A DNA stretch of 64,000 nt from Bacteroidales bacterium. GTDB lineage: Bacteria > Bacteroidota > Bacteroidia > Bacteroidales > UBA10428. Numbering within the stretch: position 1 is the first letter of the stretch; the number at the start of each line of letters is the position of its first letter. The position numbers and the translations under genes are program-made. The stretch covers positions 6,700-70,699 of the forward strand of contig JAFGSZ010000087.1 in NCBI GenBank assembly GCA_016934395.1, read 5' to 3'. Positions 56,989-64,000 of the stretch are shown here, piece after piece. The notes under the pieces were generated by a model. That model was not told the DNA's origin. It was given only the letters and a program-made list of their open reading frames with translations, and made no database searches.

Positions 56989-57930
56989 ATGTATACACCG
57001 GCAAGCAAACCCACCATGTATTTTATCGGGGTAACAACAGGCAAATCATCCATTATGAAGGTTTTCCCCAAATGGGCCGAATTTCTGAATTTTGGTGATT
57101 GTGAAATAAAGGGAATTGATTTAAAATGGCACGATGATCCTTCAAAATATCATGAAGTTGTGGAATTCATAAAAAACGACAGGTATTCGCTGGGCGCCCT
57201 GGTAACCACCCACAAAATTGACCTGTTAAATGCCAGCCTCGATTTATTTGATGAGCTTGATGATTTTGCAACCGTAATGGGAGAAGTCAGTGGTATTTCA
57301 AAACTTCAGAAAAAGTTATACGGCCATGCAAAAGACCCGATTACCAGCGGTCTGTCACTTGAGGCATTTCTTCCAAAAGATTACTGGATACAAACCGGGG
57401 CCGAGGTTTTTATTCTGGGCGCAGGCGGATCATCCATTGCACTGTCTTCGTACTTTATGAAAAAAGAGCATGGTAAAAACAAACCCTCAAAAATAATTGT
57501 GAGCAACCGGAGTACTCGGCGCCTTGAAGAAATGAAAAAAATTCATGAAAAAATCAATACCGGCATACCCGTGGAATATTATTTTACACCAAATCCTGAA
57601 GACAGCGATCTTATCGTAAATAATCTTAAATCTGGTTCTCTCGTGGTTAATGCCACCGGTCTGGGAAAAGATGCTCCGGGATCCCCGATTACCTTTAATG
57701 CCCGGTTTCCCGAAAAGGGTATTGCCTGGGATTTTAATTACCGCGGAGAACTTGTATTTCTCAATCAGGCCAGGGCTCAGCAACATGATCGTAACCTGCA
57801 GATTGAAGACGGATGGATATATTTTATTCATGGCTGGACGCGTGTTATAGCAGAAGTATTTCATGTTGACATTCCTGTTAAAGGACCAATGTTCGATAAA
57901 TTATCTGAAATTGCAGCAAGTACAAGGTAA
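56989..57930 (+). CDS. shikimate-dehydrogenase-fold (AroE-like) oxidoreductase, divergent
   Basis: 313 aa in AroE-like order: FIGVTTGKSSI, ALVTTHKIDL, ILGAGGSSIA, SNRS, VNATGLGKD, DFNYRGELVFLNQA. The canonical shikimate-binding residues are replaced. Confidence 0.6.
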   Translation: MYTPASKPTMYFIGVTTGKSSIMKVFPKWAEFLNFGDCEIKGIDLKWHDDPSKYHEVVEFIKNDRYSLGALVTTHKIDLLNASLDLFDELDDFATVMGEVSGISKLQKKLYGHAKDPITSGLSLEAFLPKDYWIQTGAEVFILGAGGSSIALSSYFMKKEHGKNKPSKIIVSNRSTRRLEEMKKIHEKINTGIPVEYYFTPNPEDSDLIVNNLKSGSLVVNATGLGKDAPGSPITFNARFPEKGIAWDFNYRGELVFLNQARAQQHDRNLQIEDGWIYFIHGWTRVIAEVFHVDIPVKGPMFDKLSEIAASTR

Positions 57931-57947
57931 ATAACTTTTATAACTCT

Positions 57948-57982
57948 TAAATTCTAAATTCTAAATTCTAAATTCTAAATTC
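57948..57982. repeat. heptanucleotide microsatellite (TAAATTC)x5
   Basis: Five perfect tandem copies plus a partial sixth (TAAAAT). It lies between the stop at 57930 and the ATG at 57999. Confidence 0.95.
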
Positions 57983-57998
57983 TAAAATAAAAAGAGTA

Positions 57999-58577
57999 AT
58001 GACTCCAATTGATAAATTAAAAATGGAACCCTTTGGCGTTAATTTTGACCTTGAAACCGGTGAAATGCTGAATCCAAAAAACCACCTGGTGCGCAGAGCT
58101 TCGGATATGAAAGGGCATTATAAAAGTGAGGCATCCTTAAACGAATTAATACAAAATCAAAACAATCCCTTACACTATGAAGTGTTTGAAGTGCCGGTTC
58201 CTGAAAAAAGCGGGCAACTGATGTATTGTATCAGCAAGCTCCAGCCCGGGCTGGTGGGTGATGAGTGTTTTATGACCAAAGGCCATTATCATACGGTTCC
58301 GGAAACTGCCGAAATTTATCTTTGTTTGCGCGGAGAAGGTTTTATGATGATGAAAACATCGGATGGTGAATGCCGGCTGGAAAAAATGACCCGGGGACGT
58401 ATGGTGTATGTGCCTCCTTTCTGGGCGCACCGTTCAATAAATACAGGCAGCGAAGCATTAATTTCTTTTTGCGTGTATCCCGGTAATGCCGGCCATAATT
58501 ATGGTGATATTGAAAAAGAAGGTTTTCCCGAAAGAGTTTTCCTGCGAAATGGTAAAGTTGTAATTGAAAAAAGATAA
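57999..58577 (+). CDS. cupin-type glucose-6-phosphate isomerase-family protein (archaeal cPGI type)
   Basis: 192 aa, collinear with Pyrococcus furiosus PGI: EPFGV.FD.ETG, RR.SDM.G.Y, TKGHYH, EIYL.L.GEG.MM, MVYVPPFWAHRSINTG, YPGNAGHNYGDIEKEGF. An alternative start is ATG 58023. Confidence 0.85.
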   Translation: MTPIDKLKMEPFGVNFDLETGEMLNPKNHLVRRASDMKGHYKSEASLNELIQNQNNPLHYEVFEVPVPEKSGQLMYCISKLQPGLVGDECFMTKGHYHTVPETAEIYLCLRGEGFMMMKTSDGECRLEKMTRGRMVYVPPFWAHRSINTGSEALISFCVYPGNAGHNYGDIEKEGFPERVFLRNGKVVIEKR

Positions 58578-58589
58578 AGAAAAAAAGGA

Positions 58590-59516
58590 ATGAATAAAAT
58601 ACTGGTAACACCACGTTCGGTAACAAAATCAGGACATCCCTCACTCGACCTTTTAAAACAGGCAGGTTATGAAGTGGTATTTTCAAAACCCGGAGAGCAA
58701 CCCACAGAAGATGAACTTAAAGAACTTCTTAACGGCTGTGTTGGCTATCTGGCAGGAGTAGAAAAAGTTTCTGCCGCAGTGCTCGAGTCGGCCAAAGATC
58801 TTAAAGTAATCAGCCGAAACGGGGTAGGCATTGACAATGTGGACTTAAAAATTGCTGAAAAATTAAAAATTAAAGTTTGTAAAACCGATGGCGCAAATGC
58901 CCGGGGAGTATCTGAACTTGCATTATCACTGATTTTTGCATTAACCCGTTCACTGCCCTTTTGCGACTACAATTTGAAAGCCGGGAACTGGGAGCGTCGT
59001 AAAGGAACCGAAATTTTCGGGAAAACCCTTGGTGTAATCGGCTGCGGACGTATTGGCCGGGAACTTTCAATTTTAGCCCTGGCGCTCAATATGAAAGTTA
59101 TAGCCTATGATCCGTTTTCAGAACTGTTTTTTACGCCCGATCCCGGTTTCAGATTTGGTACATTGGAAGATATCTGGGCATCGGCAGATATTATCAGCCT
59201 GCATTGCCCCCCTTTACCAAACGGGCAGGCCCTGATTAATGCTGAAAATCTGGCCAAAATGAAAAAAGGGGTTTATATTGTAAACACTGCCCGCGCCGCA
59301 TTAGTAAATGAACCGGCAATATTGGCATTTTTAGACAATAATAAAATTGCAGGATATGCCACAGATGTCTTTCCACAGGAACCTCCTGCTGATCGTAAAC
59401 TTGCAGCCCATCCAAAAGTTATTGCCACTCCGCATATCGGTGGATTTACAGATGAAAGTGTAAACCGGGCAATGTATGGAGCGGTAGAGAATATTTTAAA
59501 TACATTAAAGAATTGA
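58590..59516 (+). CDS. D-isomer-specific 2-hydroxyacid dehydrogenase
   Basis: 308 aa. NAD-binding motif GVIGCGRIGREL and a catalytic His region PHIGGFT. Confidence 0.85.
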   Translation: MNKILVTPRSVTKSGHPSLDLLKQAGYEVVFSKPGEQPTEDELKELLNGCVGYLAGVEKVSAAVLESAKDLKVISRNGVGIDNVDLKIAEKLKIKVCKTDGANARGVSELALSLIFALTRSLPFCDYNLKAGNWERRKGTEIFGKTLGVIGCGRIGRELSILALALNMKVIAYDPFSELFFTPDPGFRFGTLEDIWASADIISLHCPPLPNGQALINAENLAKMKKGVYIVNTARAALVNEPAILAFLDNNKIAGYATDVFPQEPPADRKLAAHPKVIATPHIGGFTDESVNRAMYGAVENILNTLKN

Positions 59517-59549
59517 TTAACTTTTTATTAATTATATTATAATAAGAAA

Positions 59550-60182
59550 ATGAAACATCAGGAATTATACCAGACACTAAAGAGCCTTAAAGTGATCCCC
59601 ATTATTGCCATTGAACAGGCTGAAGCAGCTCTGCTTTTAGCCGACGCGCTTATTGAAGGGGGCTTGCCCGTGGCCGAGATAACATTCAGAACAGAAGCAG
59701 CTGCAAATGTGATAAAAAAGCTTGCTAAAGAAAGACCCGGCTTATTGGTTGGAGCAGGCACTATTTTAACCATCGATAATTTGAAAAAAGCACAGGATTG
59801 TGGCGCCAGGTTTGGCGTAGCTCCCGGTTTTAATCGAAAGGTTGTAGAAGAAACCATAAAAATCGGTTTCCCGTTTTCACCGGGGATTATGACACCCAGC
59901 GATGTGGAGGCTGCCCTGGAACTGGGTATAAAAGTTCAGAAATTTTTCCCTGCTGAAGCTGCCGGAGGATTAACCATGCTGAAAAGCCTGGTGGCTCCTT
60001 ATGCACACATGGGCGTTCAGTTTATTCCTACAGGAGGCCTTAATATTAATAATGCAAAAGACTACCTCGCTATTCCGCAGGTTATTGCTGTTGGCGGCAC
60101 CTGGATTGCTAAAAAAGAAGATATTTCAGCCGGAAGTTGGAAGGAAATAAAAGAACGCTGCCAGGCTGTTAAAAATTTGTAA
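59550..60182 (+). CDS. eda: KDPG/KHG aldolase
   Basis: 210 aa, collinear with E. coli Eda: VIPIIAIE, EITFRTEAA, VGAGTIL, PGIMTPSDV, KFFPAEAAGG, FIPTGG. Confidence 0.9.
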   Translation: MKHQELYQTLKSLKVIPIIAIEQAEAALLLADALIEGGLPVAEITFRTEAAANVIKKLAKERPGLLVGAGTILTIDNLKKAQDCGARFGVAPGFNRKVVEETIKIGFPFSPGIMTPSDVEAALELGIKVQKFFPAEAAGGLTMLKSLVAPYAHMGVQFIPTGGLNINNAKDYLAIPQVIAVGGTWIAKKEDISAGSWKEIKERCQAVKNL

Positions 60183-60191
60183 TGTAATTTT

Positions 60192-61043
60192 ATGATTTTA
60201 CCCTGTTCAATAAAAACAAAAGATTTTTTTTCACCGACATACCGCCAACAAAAAAAACTTTGTTTTGTATGGCTTGGACAGGCAGGATTTGCTTTTAGGT
60301 ACAGGGACTTATTTTTACTTATTGACCCGTATTTATCGGATTTTCTTGCGGAAAAATATAAAGGTACACCCTTCCCGCATATCCGCATGATGGAGGCCCC
60401 GGTAAAACCTGAAAATATTTACAGGCCGGATTATGTTTTCTGCACGCATCGGCATTCCGACCACATGGACCCGGGATCTTTGTCCATACTTGCGGGCAAT
60501 AATCCTCAATGTAAATTTATTGTTCCCCGGGCGGAATTAACGGAAGCAGAAAACAGAGGAATACCCCGGTCACAATTAACAGGTGTAAATGCAGGCGAGA
60601 ATTATATACTGAATAATTCTTTAAAACTGGAAATTATACCGGCTGCCCATGAAGAAGTAAAAACCAACCAAGCAGGTGAACATCTTTTTCTGGGCTATAT
60701 TATTTCATTGAATAACCTGAACATTTATCACAGTGGTGATTGTTTGCCATTTGATGGTTTAGCAGAATTGTTGTCTGATAAAAACATTGACATAGCCATA
60801 CTGCCAATAAACGGCAGGGATAAATTCAGGAAAAATAACGGAGTGCCCGGAAATTTTACATTTACCGAAGCGCTGGAATTATGCAGGATTGCCAATATAA
60901 AACATATGGTAGCCAGTCATTTTGGTATGTTCGATTTTAATACGATTTCAGATACTGAAATAGAGCACACCTTAAAGACCGCCCTGCCTGAAAATGTATC
61001 CTGCCTTATACCGGATTCAAAAATAGTATATGAAATAATTTAA
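60192..61043 (+). CDS. MBL-fold metallo-hydrolase (UlaG-like)
   Basis: 283 aa. Motifs: FVWLGQAGFAFR, LIDPYLS, CTHRHSDHMD. Confidence 0.75.
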   Translation: MILPCSIKTKDFFSPTYRQQKKLCFVWLGQAGFAFRYRDLFLLIDPYLSDFLAEKYKGTPFPHIRMMEAPVKPENIYRPDYVFCTHRHSDHMDPGSLSILAGNNPQCKFIVPRAELTEAENRGIPRSQLTGVNAGENYILNNSLKLEIIPAAHEEVKTNQAGEHLFLGYIISLNNLNIYHSGDCLPFDGLAELLSDKNIDIAILPINGRDKFRKNNGVPGNFTFTEALELCRIANIKHMVASHFGMFDFNTISDTEIEHTLKTALPENVSCLIPDSKIVYEII

Positions 61044-61308
61044 TTGTACAAGCATTATACATAAGATAGAAAATTACAAACCGATAAATAAACAAATAAC
61101 TATTACCCGGATTAGCAGCATTGCCCTGATTTATAAAACAAGCCTGGCGCTATTGAACCTGTACAGTTAGTATTTGTTCGATTTCCTGATCATGTGCAGA
61201 AAACTATTTTCTAATTGGAAAAATAGCCCGAAAAAAGGTATCTTTCCCTTGAGAAAAGCCAGAAATTTTCTTTTGAATATAAATATGTAAAACCAGCAAA
61301 TCAATTCT

Positions 61309-62349
61309 ATGAAAGCAATAGCAGTGATTAAACCGGAACATGTAGATCTTGTGGAAGTTGCCAAGCCTGCTGTTGGAAAATACCAGGCCCTGGTGCGGAC
61401 GGAAATAGCCGCCTTGTGTAATGCCACAGATGGCAAACTTATTTCAGGACATTTTCCAGGTATTGAGGATTACCCCCTGATGCTGGGGCATGAAAGCTGC
61501 GGCATTGTGGAAATGGTTGGAGAAAAAGTACGGAATTTTAAAGTGGGCGACAGGGCAATCGGCGGACTGGTTTTTGATTTTCCCGGAACAAATTATATTA
61601 GCGGATGGGGTGGATTTTGTGAATACACCCTGGTGAACGATCACGATGCCATGGTGGCTGATGGTGTTGCCGATGAGGAACATGGCTGGTTTGAATGTTA
61701 CGAGATACAGCGAAAAACAGACCATGATATTCCTCCTGAAGAAGCCACCCTGTTGTGTACCTGGAGAGAAGTTTATGCTGCTTTTGGAGATTTTAACTTA
61801 CAGCCCGGAAACAATATCCTGGTTTTTGGCGCAGGTCCTGTTGGATTAAGTTTTGTAAAATTCGGTAAATTGCTCGAACTGGATTGGATCGGTGTGGTTG
61901 ATCCTCTGGAACATAAAAGAAACAAAGCGCTTTCTATGGGCGCTGATGCTGTTTTTGCACCTGAAAGCCCTGAATTTGAAAAACTATACACCGAAAAAGC
62001 CGGTAAATTCGATGCCGTAATCGATGCCGTGGGCAAACCAGCTATAATCAATAAAGCGCTGCCCCTGATTAAATTAGGAGGATCGGTTTGTGTTTATGGC
62101 GTTATCGCGGAGAGCCGCCTGCCTGTTGAGAAATCTTCCGGTCCGCTAAATTTTAATCTATTTGTTCACCAGTGGCCCACACGCTGGCGCGAGCGGGAAG
62201 CACAAAAGCCTCTTAGTGATTGGATACGGCAGGGTAAACTAAAAGCATCCGAGTTTGTAACCCATGAATTTAAGGTAGAACGAATAAACGATGCGCTTGT
62301 CGCTGTTAAAAACGGTTCGGTAATTAAATGCCTGCTTAAGTATACATAA
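61309..62349 (+). CDS. zinc-type medium-chain alcohol/polyol dehydrogenase
   Basis: 346 aa. Motifs: GHESCGIV, VFGAGPVGL. Confidence 0.85.
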   Translation: MKAIAVIKPEHVDLVEVAKPAVGKYQALVRTEIAALCNATDGKLISGHFPGIEDYPLMLGHESCGIVEMVGEKVRNFKVGDRAIGGLVFDFPGTNYISGWGGFCEYTLVNDHDAMVADGVADEEHGWFECYEIQRKTDHDIPPEEATLLCTWREVYAAFGDFNLQPGNNILVFGAGPVGLSFVKFGKLLELDWIGVVDPLEHKRNKALSMGADAVFAPESPEFEKLYTEKAGKFDAVIDAVGKPAIINKALPLIKLGGSVCVYGVIAESRLPVEKSSGPLNFNLFVHQWPTRWREREAQKPLSDWIRQGKLKASEFVTHEFKVERINDALVAVKNGSVIKCLLKYT

Positions 62350-62391
62350 ACCTTTTTTCACTTTAATGCAAAAAAACAAAATTTGACCATC

Positions 62392-64000
62392 ATGAAAATA
62401 AAACCAAAAAATTGTTCCGGTATCCTTTTAATTGTTGTTTTGTTTATTTTTTCTTTCACGGGTTGTGATACACAAAAAGATTCTAAAAGTTTAAATGTGT
62501 ATTTTCAGAGTGATATACCTCAGCAACAATTTGGAATAAAAAAGCTGGAGGCTCTGCGGACAATTAAAAAAGTTAATACACCGGAGGAAGCAGATATAAT
62601 TGTGGTTTCTTCCGAAGAAGAAGGCATCGTACTAAACGGAATGTCACTGTTTCAAACCATTACTTCGGAAGGTTTTATTATTAAAAAACTTCCCGGAAAA
62701 AAAGTAGCGGTTATTGCTGCCGATCCCACCGGGGTTATGTATGGCCTCCTGGAACTTGCCGAACAATTTCAGATGGGCAAAACCCTAAAAACGATTAAGG
62801 ATAAAAGTGTGAATCCGAAAGTAGCTATCCGGGGAATTAAATTTAACCTGCCCTGGAATTCTTACCGGGTAGACACCAGCCTGCAATTACACTATGAAAC
62901 GGTCAGGGATCTCGAATTCTGGAGCAGTTTTCTGGATATGATGGCCGAAAACCGGTTAAATGCATTAACCCTGTGGAACCTGCATCCCTTTCCGTATATG
63001 ATAAAGCCCATAAACTTTCCCGAGGCCTGCCCTTTTAGTGATGAAGAAATGGAAAGCTGGCAGTTTTTCTGGCATTCGTTGTTTCAAATGGCGGCTGACC
63101 GGGGCATTAAAACTTACATGATCAACTGGAACATTTTTGTTTCTCCCGAATTTGCAAAGGCGCATAATGTGGCGGATTATTGCCTGCCCGAAATGGAAGG
63201 AAAAGAATATTACGGCGACGGGGATTATTCGGAAATAGTACAGCGATACAACCGCGAATGTATGACCCAGCTGATTAATGAATATCCCGAACTCACAGGT
63301 TTTGGAGTGAGTCAGAACGAACGTATGGATGGCGTTGAGGAACAGGTATGGCAGAACTGGATCGTGGACACATACTTTGATGCCATGGACAGTGCCGACC
63401 ACAAGATTGAGTTTATATTGAGGGCACATACCCATCCGGCCCCGGAACTTACACGAAAAGCTATTGAGGATAATGCTTACAGGCTCGAAACCATTTATGT
63501 TCCGGTTAAATTTAACTGGTCGCATGCCCATGCCACGCCCGACCTGATGTATATTCACGGAGGATCAAGGTCAAAGTCTCTTTGGGACCCGGCCCCGGAA
63601 AACTACAAAATGATATTTACCATGCGCAACGAAGACTTTTTTATTCTGCGCTGGGGTGAACCCAATTTTGTAAGAGAAATGTTGGCAAAAAATAACCAGG
63701 ATTATATTGGGGGCTTTTTAATCGGGTCGGAAACCTATATCCCGGCAAAGGAATATATTACCAAACCGGGCCCGCATCTCACCTGGAACTATGGATTTGA
63801 GAAACAATGGCTGTTTTATAAGGTCTGGGGCAGATTGTTATACGATCCTTCCACTGAAGATGAGGTTTTTGTAAATGCATTTGATTCTAAATATAATATA
63901 GATTTTGGCGATAAGCTGCTGGAAGCCCATAAAATTGCCGATCAGATGCCGCTGAAGCTGGCCTCGTTTTATGCAGCATCATGGGATTTTACATTGTATT
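62392..64000 (+). CDS. putative glycoside-hydrolase lipoprotein (partial; runs off the right edge)
   Basis: Not in the ORF track. My translation from ATG 62392 gives MKIKPKNCSGILLIVVLFIFSFTGC (lipobox). An N-terminal domain like those of alpha-glucuronidase and hexosaminidase families follows (VAVIAADPTGVMYGLLELAEQF). Then comes a TIM-barrel-like region (IRGIKFNLPWNSYR...NALTLWNLHPFPYM). The frame stays open to the window end. Confidence 0.55.
   Translation, partial: MKIKPKNCSGILLIVVLFIFSFTGCDTQKDSKSLNVYFQSDIPQQQFGIKKLEALRTIKKVNTPEEADIIVVSSEEEGIVLNGMSLFQTITSEGFIIKKLPGKKVAVIAADPTGVMYGLLELAEQFQMGKTLKTIKDKSVNPKVAIRGIKFNLPWNSYRVDTSLQLHYETVRDLEFWSSFLDMMAENRLNALTLWNLHPFPYMIKPINFPEACPFSDEEMESWQFFWHSLFQMAADRGIKTYMINWNIFVSPEFAKAHNVADYCLPEMEGKEYYGDGDYSEIVQRYNRECMTQLINEYPELTGFGVSQNERMDGVEEQVWQNWIVDTYFDAMDSADHKIEFILRAHTHPAPELTRKAIEDNAYRLETIYVPVKFNWSHAHATPDLMYIHGGSRSKSLWDPAPENYKMIFTMRNEDFFILRWGEPNFVREMLAKNNQDYIGGFLIGSETYIPAKEYITKPGPHLTWNYGFEKQWLFYKVWGRLLYDPSTEDEVFVNAFDSKYNIDFGDKLLEAHKIADQMPLKLASFYAASWDFTLY

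Noticed and set aside
57948-57982. Could the tandem repeat be a CRISPR array or minisatellite gene?
   Set aside because: The unit is only 7 nt, there are no spacers, and no cas genes lie anywhere in the window. It is a microsatellite.
62965-63558. A 197-aa minus-strand ORF near the right edge.
   Set aside because: It lies entirely antisense to a plus-strand frame that is open from ATG 62392 to the window end. That frame has a lipoprotein signal and a glycoside-hydrolase-like sequence. The minus-strand product is low-complexity with no motifs.
1-64000. A canonical polysaccharide utilisation locus (SusC/SusD pair) around the CAZymes (GH51, two GH43s, PL10).
   Set aside because: No TonB-dependent receptor or SusD-like lipoprotein is encoded anywhere in the window. 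The CAZymes sit next to inner-membrane symporters instead.

Overview
The window looks like a chromosomal segment from an AT-rich member of the Bacteroidota. I infer this from a PorP/SprF gene, a type-B T9SS sorting domain, many lipoprotein and Tat signal peptides, and plant-polysaccharide CAZymes. I can support about 46 protein-coding genes. I saw no rRNA, tRNA or CRISPR array.

Gene content, left to right:
- an arabinose block on the minus strand (SGLT-like transporter, araA, araD, GH51 abfA)
- a cation:proton antiporter
- a double beta-propeller sensor that ends in GAF plus coiled coil and has no output domain
- a stand-alone homocysteine S-methyltransferase module, followed by a decayed partner gene
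- an isolated octaheme c-type cytochrome lipoprotein
- arfB, a vWA/OmpA fusion, a GH43 and rsgA
- a five-gene surface-protein cluster (21.6-35.0 kb) dominated by a 3114-aa protein
- a group of exported (Tat or lipoprotein) enzymes
- an AT-rich stretch with a membrane-anchored LuxR solo and a two-lobed aspartic-protease-like protein
- a REP-flanked RAYT transposase
- a PL10 pectate lyase followed by a sugar-catabolism cassette (lactonase-like propeller, RhaT-like symporter, FGGY kinase, AroE-like dehydrogenase, archaeal-type cupin PGI, 2-hydroxyacid dehydrogenase, Eda aldolase, MBL hydrolase, Zn-ADH)

The best candidate for an undescribed system is the five-gene T9SS-linked cluster. A giant beta-helix-like protein and two small paralogous two-domain proteins have no sorting domain I can recognise. 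They are encoded with one small type-B-CTD protein and its own PorP/SprF partner.

Secondary leads are the unorthodox sugar cassette (cupin PGI, internal palindromes, a heptanucleotide microsatellite), the orphan octaheme cytochrome, the output-less sensor, and the REP-RAYT unit with long flanking direct repeats.

All functional calls rest on motif recognition by eye. No database search was run.
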